In this document: in pieces, positions 28,645-40,915 of the stretch
How the letters are laid out: the number at the start of each line of letters is the position of its first letter
How positions within the stretch are numbered: position 1 is the first letter of the stretch
DNA from: Paraphysomonas bandaiensis
Taxonomy: Eukaryota > Protista > Chrysophyceae
Reading direction: 5' to 3'
NCBI GenBank assembly: GCA_965644295.1
Contig: CBFFRP010000370.1
Coordinates: 178,881-242,880, forward strand
DNA length: 64,000 nt
Notes under the pieces: generated by a model
The model's database searches: none
The model's input: the letters and a program-made list of their open reading frames with translations, nothing else
What the model was told of the DNA's origin: nothing
Translations under genes and position numbers: made by a program

Positions 28645-30375
28645 CCTCTGATAACACGCGCCAGTGAGTCCTAGGGCACACTATCAATAAGGCGAACCTC
28701 ACAATCCTAATCGAATAGAGTTTGTGAGTCTAGTCAAGCATCCGGGCTAGTTAGCCTTAAGGACAGAGAGCGAAAGTGGTTGCACCTTGGTAGTATCGCC
28801 TAATAGCATTATATTATAAGGATTAAGCATTAGTTAGTTAAATTGTTTTGCTACATTATTACTGAGTTCTGACTATTACACGCCTAACGCTAATAATTAT
28901 ACTTACATCCTTACCATCAGAACTTCTGAATTCATCGGAACTTTCACTATATATTACTATTATATTGAAAGTCTTATTTTTAGCAATAGGCGTTAAAACC
29001 CTGCACCAATTAGTGGCTAGAAGAATGCTAGTCATACTAGTTAGACTACTACCCGTAACTAATCAATACAAACTCTTTTATCCTATTATTTAACGCTACA
29101 GAAGCTGCTTGTGCGTCGCCGCAAGCACCAAGGTGCAACCACTTCCGTTCTTAGTGTGTGTTATGAGGCTCGCCATGATCGTGTGTCCTGGGACTCACCG
29201 GCGCGTGTGATCTGGAGGTCTCCTCTTGGGATGAGACTCCACTCGCTATATGATAGATAGCCTTATGTACCTCACGGGGACTGACTTATTAGCCTTATGG
29301 CAGTTAGGGGAAACAGTAATATGCCCTTCTGAGATTGGCGATCTGGTGGCCTTCCTTTAGGCAGTGTTCCAAGTGGCTCGGAGGTATGTGGATGAAGGTC
29401 TTGCAAAAGGTTATGGCCTACTGTGAAGAAGCGTCGAAATCGGCTCTTTTGCTGTCTTAGCCAGCGGTAGAGAACACATGCAAGAGGGTGTATAGCTGTA
29501 CAGGGGTGGGATGTGAGGGTCATCCGGTGTGTCCAGCTACAGGGAATCGAGAGGGAGAGTGATGGTGCAAGAGAGGCAACTTCTGATTGAGGAGAGTGAG
29601 ACTGCGCAACTGAACAAGAGTCACTGAGGTCGAGTACTCTGATAGACCTATGCACGAGATGATCGTGATGACCCTGTCCCGGATGCCCTTGAGGTGGGCC
29701 CATTCCCGGATGCCTGTTTATTCGTCAGGGCCCAAAAAGACGTCTACACAAGTGACACTTATCGGTGTCCCTGGTACTACACAAGCATTCGGCTATGAGT
29801 GGGCAGAAGTATATCATCTGCTGATTATGTTTGCGGCTCACGTTAGTTTCCCAGAGACAATCTCTCCGGTACTTATCCCCCAGAACACCACGAAAAGGTG
29901 CGAGTCCGACTTTGTTGAGGGGGAACTTTCACTAACACTTTTTTTCCAGCTCGCTCTCTGTGACTTTATGCTCCTCATTGTTTGTAGTTGTAGCGCCATG
30001 TATATGTACTATGCCATAACAATGTGAATAAACATAAATATATATAATAATGGGTTTTATTTACTTCGATGTTATATAGTCAGCAGATATATTGTTCTGC
30101 CCACTCATAGCCAAATGCTTGTGTGGTACAAGGGACACTAATAAGTGTCACTTGTGTAGACGTCTTTGGGCCCTGACGAATAAACAGGCATCCGGGAATG
30201 GGCCCACCTCAAGGGCATCCGGGACAGGGCCCACCAGAAGGGTAACCGGGGTATTGGGCTGCCTGCTGAAGTTAAGCATCCGGGATGTTCACCTTAAGAA
30301 CTCAAAACACCTGAAGTCAGCAGATGTCAGGTATATCAACATTCTGCTTGCTCCCTGCGTTTGCTTTGAGTGATT
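28645..30375. mobile_element. Cluster of four copies of the dispersed repeat family in alternating orientation
   Basis: 28645-28908 (+), 28966-29670 (-, near-identical to 51228-51932), 29672-29938 (-), 30075-30375 (+). Confidence 0.8.
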
Positions 30376-31520
30376 GATGCTGAGTATGAGTTCACATTAT
30401 TCGGTATCTGTGTGGCCAATGACCGAGGTAATGCGTCAAACTTTCCTCATGGATGCATGGCAATGGCAATGATGTGATTAGACCTGTCATGTCTTCTCAC
30501 ACGTCTACTGCCTAGTCTTGGTTTCTCCTGACCCAGGTCATTGAGATTATATCAAGGCTCTGGCACTGTTCTCCAAGCAGTGTCAGGTACATTTGTGGTG
30601 CTTTTATGTTATTCTTGCTTAGTAGGTTTTCATCCGAGCGGGGAAGGTGCACGGTTTCCTACTAGTGTAAGTCACTCGGGAGAAGAGTGCAAGGTGGATG
30701 CATGTGCTGGATGAGTGCACACAATGGAGGGAAGACATTGGAGTCAGCTTGAATTTGTAACAGATTTTGGTAGATGTCTGTTTCATGCGTCAGTGTGCAA
30801 AATTGCACCAGTGAGACCGCTTCGTGACCGTGGGAGGACCCGGCGCTATAGAGCTACTTTATTCTCCCTTCCAGACTACCTGCTGCTGTGAACACCACCT
30901 TGAAGAGGGCCCTAAAGATCTGCCGCATATACCGGAGACATATGCCGAAGACACCGACCGCAAGTTGTTTGTGTTAGGACAAGTAGATTGGGCAGGAGCG
31001 TATGATCCGGCTTAAACACGCAACTCGTCGTATGCCCATGTAGCTAACTAAATCGTGTTGTATAGTTGAGCACTTGTCGGTGCATGCAATAGTAACTAGA
31101 TGAGAGTCATGTTATGCATAGTGTCGCGCGAGTTGTTAGGTTGGTCGCGGCAACGCACAAGCTTGCGCTTCTTAATAATCAGATTTTCAATACTTCGATG
31201 TTTTGATCTCTAGATGTGGGTAGTGGAGTACAACATATACTAGGTGCTAGTAAATATAGTAAATACTCAAGTATAAAACGCGGGGGAAATTTTGCATAAT
31301 GTTTGCTTTGAGTACTCAGTAGTATAAGTATTCAGTAACCATAGAGTTACAGAAGTAAAGTCGAGTAAGCTCTATATTTGCTCATGTAGTTTGCTTACAT
31401 TCAGTGTGATTCAAATGTTTGTCTCGGATAGATCTCAAACAATAAATTTATCAAAATGTATTACTCAAATATCCCATGACATTATTTCACCACACTCCGG
31501 TTTAACGATAAAACAGTAGG

Positions 31521-32807
31521 TCACATTTCGTCATCTATACTGCCTGTTTGCATATCTATCTCACTATGTGGTATCGGTTGTAGCTGCCTCTGCTGCACGT
31601 CACTGTACCTCTTTGCCTTGTAGCATTTGTAGTGGTCCAAAGGATAAGAGCCTATAACAGTCGTCAGGCACTATATACAAATATGTGAAATGTATAATTA
31701 CCTGCCACGAAATAGGCTGACCCCACAGTAAATATAAAACAGTCCAGCACACTGCCACCAAATGAGACATGTTAACGTACATTACTAGGCACACCTCGAG
31801 GAGTATATAAATATTTCTTCATCGTTCCCATAGCTAAGAGAAAAACACAATACCACTATTGATCCGAGGAGACATATCAGCGAGGCGTAAAAGAAGAACC
31901 AGGTGCCGGCCAGCCAATCATTCTGTAGATGTTTCACTATCCAATGGTGCGACCCGAAGCATACTCTCACCACAGGCTTTATTATTTGTCGGTGTTTCTA
32001 GGAAATAATTAGGGTTTCCAGTGGTGGAAAAGCAGAATATTCACCTTATCTGAGGGGTAGCACGCAAAAACGAAAAGCAAGCTCCCAACCACAAACAGCC
32101 CCGCCACAATCATGGCTCCCAGATAGATCACCTCAGAGGGGTGCAGAAAGTAAAATATAGCGGCGTATGGAACTGCCGGTGCTGTACCAAAAAAGAATAG
32201 CCAAGCACCTAGGAGTTCGTCCGTCTCTACGTGCCGCCACGTAAAAAGTGGCTTCTGCGGAGGCTCCTCAAAAGCACGCACGAATGCGTATGACCCGACA
32301 GTAAAAAAAAATCCAGACACTATCAAAAGTGCCCAAGTAGAGTAGAAGTCAAGAACGGGAAGAGTGTCGTCATTCGTTTGAAAGAAATGGATGTGTTCTT
32401 GAAGCAGTGGCACCACAGCTGTGAACATGGCCACTAGAGATCCCCACACGAACCACCTGCACAGCACAGCATCTATGAGCGTATATATACATATGGATAT
32501 ATGTGTATTCTGTGTACGGATAAGTGTGTATACCATGAGCCGTGAGAGACATCTGTCGAGCAGTATACTGAAACAGAGAGAGAGTGAGACACACGCACAC
32601 ACATAGAGATGAGGACTGTTACCGGGAAGACACTGAAACGCTCCCCGTCTGGACCGAATCCTCTGTGCGTGTGAGAGGTGGACAGCTCCTCTCTCCTCCT
32701 CCTCGTCTGCGTGTAATCATAACTATCATATACTCACAGCGCAGACACTCACCTGACAACAGAGTCATGTTATGAGTAGTGATACGCATCATCGACACCC
32801 CCCTCAT
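31521..32807 (-). CDS. Uncharacterised multi-pass membrane protein (internally repeated D-x-L-x-G-x-W-x-F helices)
   Basis: Spliced hydrophobic exons: ETDELLGAWLFFFGT, QNDWLAGTWFFFYAS, FTVGSAYFVAGSYP; stop at 31521. Confidence 0.7.
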
Positions 32808-33320
32808 GCTCTCTCTATATGTCTGTATATGGCAATACAGGACACGAATACACACACAGCAACAAGAAGACGATCAAGATGAAGATCAAGATGAAGATGA
32901 AGCCTTCCTTTGAATCATATCATTATAAGGAACACTTGACGAGTAGAAGTGCAGCGAGCCAGCACACATGAAAGTCTAGAGCAGAGTCTGCTGTGTCGTC
33001 TAGTGTATATGTATGTAGAGCAGTGTAGATACTCTGCAGATACAGACATACAGGCAGCATACACATCTAAGAATACCAACACAGTACCTGTACCTGTATA
33101 CGGTGTACTGATACGTAGAACTAATGTACTGTATACGTATCGTATACCGAATACGACAGTACACTTCTCCAGGTACACATCTAGACAGACATTGGTGTGG
33201 ACCAGTGCTGCTGTGCGTATATATATACACAGTACACAGTACACAGTGCCGTAATGATCACTCACGGGACACACATATATATACAGAGAGATAGAGGTAT
33301 AGCATAGCGCTGTGTGTGGC

Positions 33321-34650
33321 ATGGGTAAGCGTAAGGGTACAAAGAGTGCCTATGAGCACAACCACACATACAATCCCTCTGCGAGAGAGAGCGATGATCG
33401 TCGACTGTCTCAGTTGCGAGGAATGGAAATCAAACGACTACAGAAGAGTGTCGAGAAGCAGGAGAGGCTCATGGAGGAGTACATACCAGCTGAACAGAGA
33501 AAGAGAAAGAGAGTTGGTGGGTGATGTGTTGCTGTGTAGTCTAGTCTGATATGCGTATGCTATATATATATATATATGTTATATAACTTGACAATGAGAT
33601 AGATCCGAACTATAATCTCAAGGGAGCGGCTCGACCTGCGCTTGATTTCTATAAAGATCCAAATGCTCAACCAGAAGTGGAGCCAGTGGATCTGCTCTCA
33701 AAGTACGACACCTGTATGTGGGATCATGAGGAGGGTCGAGTGCTTTTGTCGTGTCTTCTTGAGCTCGCTATCGGACTGCATAATATCGCCGAGCGAAGCA
33801 AAGAGGCAGTGAAAGTATTCGAACGGATTCTACGACACGATCCGGATGACCACGTGGTATACTACTGAAGGTTATGGGTGCTAAACAATGACTTATTTGG
33901 TGTGTAGCTAGCACGACGGGCACTGTTAAGGTGCTACATGGACATGGGCTGGGCGGCTGAGGCGCGACAACTGGTGGAGGTCCGCTTTCCTTCTGACACA
34001 TCTGCCTGCTTTGCGTACGCCGGGGCTTTTGTAGAATTTGTATCATTTTCTCTTCTACAGGAGGAGGGGTCATCCAAGGACCTAGCGGATGAGGCCCTCA
34101 AGAAGGGTGAGTGTCTATTCGTATCCCATATGTTGCAGTGTACTTACTGGTGCATAGCCGTTAAGGTTAACCCGTACGTGGTGTGGGTGTTGGTGCATCA
34201 TGAGTACTTTGCTGAAGCTGTTGACTATCTCGAGGACCTAGAGCGCTGCCTTGGAGAAAGTATTTCGCCTGGCGGGCCTCTTGAGGCACTCCTTTTTCTT
34301 TATGGTGAGTAGCGTCCTAGTTGACTATGAGTGTTATTGAACCGTGATAATATGTAGAGGATGCTGCACTGTGGCGCGAGACTGAGGGGTCCGTGGAGTG
34401 GGTTGCTGAATTTGCTTCGTCACATCCTGACCTTGTGCCCTTTCCCCCGTCACTAGATAGTACCCCTGCCCATGTTCCTGCTGTAGAAAACCCGAAGGAG
34501 GATAGTTCTTCTGAACAGCAGCTTGATAATACTTCTAACAATGAGGATGAAAATGATGATAGTAGTGGGATGGATGAAGATGAGGCGACAGAAATGTACT
34601 TAACTATGTATAAAACGGCAATAGAGATGGCCATGGATGGCATGTCATAG
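33321..34650 (+). CDS. Uncharacterised protein with TPR-like helical region
   Basis: Contiguous spliced ORFs: MGKRKGTK..., LKGAARPA, EAVKVFERILRHDPDDH/ARRALLRCYMD, acidic C-terminus. Confidence 0.7.
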
Positions 34651-35680
34651 TTCAGATAACTTGAAAGTTGGAGCATTCTAGAATAGTATGTAATAATACT
34701 CAGGCAGTAATTATTCCCATCATAATAAACTACAAACGAAGTGCCTTAAACGTTCAATTATCACGTGTCAAATTCTTGCTTCTATCAACCACTCATATAG
34801 ATGGGAAAATGAGCGAATAAAGACAGATTTCACAAGCATTGAAATAATATCAATTGATAATGAGTACTTTATTCTAAGAGCTTAGAAGCCTGTAGTGTTT
34901 TATTTAGAATGTCATATATGCCCGACTTGGCAGAGTGAAGTGCGTATTCAACCACCTGAATCGACTGCTGTACTGTACTCTGTGCTTATATATGATATGT
35001 CAGATATACTTAATTTATCTATTATCTATTTCACAGATATTTATAGCAATCGTAGCGAATTGATGATTATCTGACTACATTTCTTAAGCGTATTAATCTT
35101 TTTAAATAAATCGGGAGACATGCACATCTTGTCTCTTGCCATACATTATCAGTGACGAATCCTATCGCCTAACTGCTGATTGGTTAAAGAACGATTCCGC
35201 ATTCCAGGAATTTACTTTCGATCAAGATCGGAATATTCGAGGCATACTGCTTCCTTCTACCGGGTCACACCTGCACATGATGACCCGATGACGGTAATGT
35301 TTACAGATCATTCGGTATTTGTGTCAAGTTAAAAGATTTGTATCATGGGAAACTTTACTGCCTTTACCAGTGAGATAGCTCAAAACATGGGCTTTATTCT
35401 ATAAATTATGGTATTTATCATCTAAAATTAAAAAAGCATACTAATTTGCCTAAGATGTGCTTAAAATCCTTCATTTTCATGAGTTTGACGGCCGTTTTGT
35501 TTTTTGTAGTTAACACTTTCATACGACATATATGCATATATATACGTACAGAGCATACACACCACTGCATAGCTACAGACCACAGCTCTCCTGTATATAT
35601 ACATATAGGTATATATAACATGTAGACAGAGACACAGAGCTGATGGTAAGATAAGTCAATAGTCGCAGTGGAGTGTAGAT

Positions 35681-36773
35681 ATGATAGTGCCTAACTCGGC
35701 GCCTAAGAGAAGGTGAGTGTAACGTACGTGTGTTAGTTATGCATTAACAGCTCTGCATACACACATACACACACAGAGAGCTGTTCCCTAATGAGATATG
35801 TCACGATGTTCTCTTATGGAGATCCACTCCCCGTTCATTTCATAAGAAGAGGATTCATTTCGATCATAGCATACCTGCAGGCAGACCAGAGGCTCCTCGA
35901 TGGCACTATCCTGCGGATCCTCCTGTCGTGAGAGGGACTCACAAGCATACGCTAATATCTATGAAGAAGACGCAGCAAGATACACATACAGATACAGACA
36001 TTGAGACGATCAGATCCAACAGATGTGAGACGGATCGATCCATCTCTTCGTCACGAGTTACAGATAACAGTCATCGAGATGTCTACTCTGCTCGACCTCA
36101 TTCGGCTGCATCGCGATCGGATACATACAGAAACAATGCCACTAGTCCGGCTGTGGATTCAGGGAGGAAAAGCTCGAGTAGTACGAGCAGAGACCAGCCA
36201 AACACTCACAGACCACCGCGACCTGTAACATCATCGTCACGAAATTCTAGACCGGCTTCTGCCTCAACTTCCCGTAGTGTCACTAAAAGTACAGTTTCGA
36301 GCTCTCCAGACCGACCATCCTCCGCGTCGTCCCCTGGTCAGTGGAGCCGAAAGCCACGAACGATGCTTCCGTGGCACCTCAGGCAGCGTCCCCCTTTTAG
36401 ACCGAATGGAGGGAATCGAGTGAAGCCGATGGGTGAAGTACGTGAGGATCTGACTAGAGTGGGCGGAGGTTATGTGGACACCAGGACTGGCATGGCTGCA
36501 GGGTCTAAACAGTGCGCACAGTCTACCTCAGACAGCTTTTTTGCGACCAAGAGCAAGCCTAATGGAACCCAGGGTGTGTCAAGTGAAGGGAGCAAGTGGC
36601 GCCTCATTCCTGGGAGGTCTCGCAACACCGCAAGGATGCATCACTGTATCGACGAACTCATACGCGAGTTGTCAACATGCGATAGTGCACTCGAGAAACA
36701 GACTATTAAAATGGAATTCACTCGTAAGGTCAGAAAATTTGCAACGACGAAGCCAGGGGGAGGTAATTATTAG
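35681..36773 (+). CDS. Uncharacterised Ser/Arg-rich protein
   Basis: Long ORF 35928-36773 with a helical C-terminus; putative short first exon and intron ~35713-35776. Confidence 0.6.
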
Positions 36774-37599
36774 CCAAACGGCTAGAATAATTGGTTCCTG
36801 GAACCCTGTATTTTTTCTGTCAATTTCCAGTCACATGTACGAAGAGTACAGCAAGAATGTCACTGTGTTGATATTTTTGATGTGTTGTTCATATCTCAGA
36901 TGCTCTTAATTCTTGGAAACGCTATTATATATAATTTTTTAAGTGAGTTGGACGTAGGTTCTTAGTAACATGCATGATTATATATATAGGAATAGGGGAA
37001 TAGGTACTTCGGAGCTTCGGACTCTATTTGTTAGTTAATATTTTCCCATAATGAACTATAAAATTGTCTTAAACATTGGAAATATAATTTCAATATCATA
37101 GAGAAGCCCATTTGGGGACCTTCCCGTTTTTAATAGTTTTAAATTTTAAAGGTTTGACAAAATAAACCTAGTGGAAATGATTCGTCACTACAAATTATAG
37201 GTTGGCCTCATGAAAATACTTAAAGATTCAAATTGGTCAACGTTTTAGTTAAAAAGTGGTTAATTGTGCTCCTACGCCTTACTGAACAATGAATGGGGTC
37301 ATGTGTCATAGCAGTGAGGTCGATGAAAGCAATAAGCAAGGAATCACTATCAGGACCAGGACGATAAGGACTAGAGAGAAGTTCTAACCCTAACCCATTC
37401 TAAGTCGAAAATGAATGGATCGAAGCAAATACAATTATATGAGTAAGGAAATGCACAGTTATGTTGTGAATAACGAATGACCGAAAACATTGTGCACAAA
37501 ATACAAAGAAGTATAAGAAGTAGTATATCTATGTGGTATCACCCCTATCCTGGTAAGCCGTATGGCGTTTTATATGTAACTGCGACCCTGATCATATCA

Positions 37600-39030
37600 T
37601 CAAGAATCAGCGGTTGCAGCGGAGTACCCATTGATATCTGGCAAAATGGTAATCACACCAGGTAATTCTTCAGTTGCTATAGATTCTACGACAGCTCCAT
37701 TACGGTTTTGCTCTTGCACACAGTACAGAGCGCGCAGCCCCCACTTTCGTCTTGCCCCTTCACAGAGCGAAACTTCTGTCTTGTAGGAGCACACCACCCT
37801 ACCATTGGAATCGGCACTGTCAGACTCGGAGTAACATAGTAGAGATCTTGCTTTATCGTTGGCTGATTCACGTGAAGCCGCATTTAAATAGTCGTGAAGA
37901 CCGCAAAAAGGAAGCATTTTGTACACAGTGAGTACTCCGATGCCGATCTCTTCTCCCCCCCAATTAACAACAGACAAATCCACAACTGGTGGAGGGCTGC
38001 TGTGATGCATATATGCTGCCTCCTGAGCGAAGGAGGACCCCCTCGAGTGCAGGATCAGGTCACAGTTCCCTAACACAATAAGGTCAACTAATGCCAGTCT
38101 AACAGCATCGGCCAAGTCTCTGCGGCTCGCTAGTTCAGTAACTACCTCCATAGCCAATACGCGCCCCGGAGAGAAGTGGGAAACTACTGCACGCTTAGCG
38201 GGCTCGCTGTTTGAGGCTAAAAAGAACCTGACCGAGGGATGCTTCTCCTGTATTTCCTGCATTGACGATATCACCACAGCTAGAGGTGTACTCTCGTCAA
38301 ACCGTAAAGCTCGAGCTATGCATTTTTCATCGCTAGAACACATAGCCGGAGTAACCACAGCCCAATCGTATGCAGCATCATACGCCCTAACATGCACACC
38401 TACCAATGGTCCATCTTCGTTTCCATCTCTGAGAAGGTTAAGCAGTTCTGTCACCATAGATTTGACCATCTTGATCGGTACTAGACTTCGATAGAAGGCA
38501 CTCTTGTGGTCCATGTAGTCATCACAAGTCATGTCAATAGGCGCGTGTGAACCAGCAGTGCGCAGGAGTATTATCCACGGAGACTTCTGTTCTCCGCTAC
38601 CATTCGATCGTGTATTGAATGACATGTTAACAAAGAATTCTTTCGGGAATTTGACCGCAATTTCTCTCTTAAATATGTGGCTGATGTTTCTAAAATCAGA
38701 TATGAGTTTGTCGTTAGTGAGTTGTGTGTTAGAGTCATATGAGACCACACGAACACCAGACGCCTCTGAATCCACTTCAAACAAATCACTAAACTCAGCA
38801 TTACATTCATATGAAGCGGTCCATATGATGATAAGCTTACGACTCATAGTCTGAGATATGCTGTACGCACTCGCCATTATACGCAACCTGTTGGCGAGTC
38901 CCAACACATCAACCGGAATTACGACATACATCTCATTCGGACTGAACACACCCGCTGATAGCGTATCAGTGCACTGGCGGGTCGATATGGATAAGAGGAG
39001 AGTGAGGAGTGATACTATGAGCCTCTGCAT
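37600..39030 (-). CDS. Fucosyltransferase-like glycosyltransferase (GT-B, O-FucT/alpha-1,2/1,6 superfamily), signal peptide, intronless
   Basis: GLANRLR, VGVHVR, FFLAS, ALVDLIVLGNCD..HSRGSSF motifs; hydrophobic N-terminus. Confidence 0.8.
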   Translation of the reverse strand: MQRLIVSLLTLLLSISTRQCTDTLSAGVFSPNEMYVVIPVDVLGLANRLRIMASAYSISQTMSRKLIIIWTASYECNAEFSDLFEVDSEASGVRVVSYDSNTQLTNDKLISDFRNISHIFKREIAVKFPKEFFVNMSFNTRSNGSGEQKSPWIILLRTAGSHAPIDMTCDDYMDHKSAFYRSLVPIKMVKSMVTELLNLLRDGNEDGPLVGVHVRAYDAAYDWAVVTPAMCSSDEKCIARALRFDESTPLAVVISSMQEIQEKHPSVRFFLASNSEPAKRAVVSHFSPGRVLAMEVVTELASRRDLADAVRLALVDLIVLGNCDLILHSRGSSFAQEAAYMHHSSPPPVVDLSVVNWGGEEIGIGVLTVYKMLPFCGLHDYLNAASRESANDKARSLLCYSESDSADSNGRVVCSYKTEVSLCEGARRKWGLRALYCVQEQNRNGAVVESIATEELPGVITILPDINGYSAATADS

Positions 39031-39265
39031 CTGTGGCTATACACACTGAGGTGTAGTGTGAAGTGCTCTCTCTATGTATGTATATGTATAGTCACTAACA
39101 GGAACTGTATCGCCTACACTGTATACGTATATGTGTATTGCACTCTTATGAACACGAAGAGCTGATACTGACACCTTGACGATGACAACTAGGACTCCGA
39201 TGAACTTATACCCTCGGAACTAACTGTCTGCCACTGCCTAACACAGAAACATATCGATACTTGCC

Positions 39266-40243
39266 CATACAGGTACAGTATAGTACTTGCGGAGTGATAT
39301 CGATATACATACACATACAGGTACAGTATAGTACTTGCGGAGTGATATCGATATACATACACATACAGGTACAGTATAGTACTTGCGGAGTGATATCGAT
39401 ATACATACACATACAGGTACAGTATAGTACTTGCGGAGTGATATCGATATACATACACATACAGGTACAGTATAGTACTTGCGGAGTGATATCGATATAC
39501 ATACACATACAGGTACAGTATAGTACTTGCGGAGTGATATCGATATACATACACATACAGGTACAGTATAGTACTTGTGGAGTGATATCGATATACATAC
39601 ACATACAGGTACAGTATAGTACTTGCGGAGTGATATCGATATACATACACATACAGGTACAGTATAGTACTTGCGGAGTGATATCGATATACATACACAT
39701 ACAGGTACAGTATAGTACTTGTGGAGTGATATCGATATACATACACATGTACTTGCGGAGTGATATCGATATACATACACATACAGGTACAGTATAGTAC
39801 TTGCGGAGTGATATCGATATACATACACATACAGGTACAGTATAGTACTTGCGGAGTGATATCGATATACATACACATACAGGTACAGTATAGTACTTGC
39901 GGAGTGATATCGATATACATACACATACAGGTACAGTATAGTACTTGTGGAGTGATATCGATATACATACACATACAGGTACAGTATAGTACTTGTGGAG
40001 TGACATGCATACGTATACAGGTACAGTACTGTAATATCGGTATACATACACGTACAGGTACGGTACTTGTGGAGTGATATTGATATACTTACACATACAG
40101 GTACGGTACTTGTGGAGTGATATTGATATACTTACACATACAGGTACGGTACTTGTGGAGTGATATTGATATACTTACACATACAGGTACGGTACTTGTG
40201 GAGTGATATTGATATACTTACACATACAGGTACGGTACTTGTG
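39266..40243. repeat. 48-bp minisatellite (~15 units) followed by a few 43-bp variant units
   Basis: Unit CATACAGGTACAGTATAGTACTTG(C/T)GGAGTGATATCGATATACATACA; one internally deleted unit near 39748. Confidence 0.97.
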
Positions 40244-40915
40244 TAGATCTGGTATAGGACATCCCATACAGCAGTACAGTTCTCTGTCACATCACGCACG
40301 TCCTCCTCGTATCATATCCTGGTATCCCGATATCTACCAATAGGAATCCAGCATACAGTATCTTCGCATGTGCGTGATGCATACGATACAAACCAGAGCA
40401 TTCCTCATATTACTATCGATACCTTCAAACGTCACTTCAGGTATAATTGAGACACATGAGGACCCATCAGCTGCAATGAGAATGACAGTAAGAGCCGATA
40501 CGCATATCCCACTCTGTAGTTTCTCTCGTGTATAACTCTCTGTGCGCTCCTCTTTAAGCTCCCTACCAAACGAAAAACTACCAGCGTAGTTCTTAAAGCA
40601 CACTATAGCCGCCAGATCGCCCATACAATTACAGCACAATAAACAACGAACAGTTCATTCACTTTTGTGTGGAGGCTACTTGTTTAAATCCCAGTAGCCT
40701 CATTCAGTAAGCACATATATGTCCATATGGTTCCGAATAAGGAAGAAGGAAGACTGATCAGCCATACGAGTTAAGTGGAGTGTTGCTAATAACATTTATA
40801 GTAGTGGATAGTGAAACTATGTAGTGGATAGAGGGCGTTGCATGCGTACACAGAGCACAGTATAATAACTATAACTGTAAATCAAACATGTTTAGAGTGT
40901 TATTAGATATATTTT

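Noticed and set aside
30168-30215. Hammerhead ribozyme (CTGACGA flanked by GGGCCC)
   Set aside because: No stem II-GAAA core, and the copy at ~20105 has CTGACAA.
30400-31030. GC-balanced stretch that might be a gene or retroelement remnant
   Set aside because: No recognisable motif or coherent spliced frame.
39266-40243. CRISPR array, or the 270-300 aa ORFs over it
   Set aside because: Contiguous near-identical units without unique spacers, in a eukaryote; the ORFs are stop-free by-products of the repeat.
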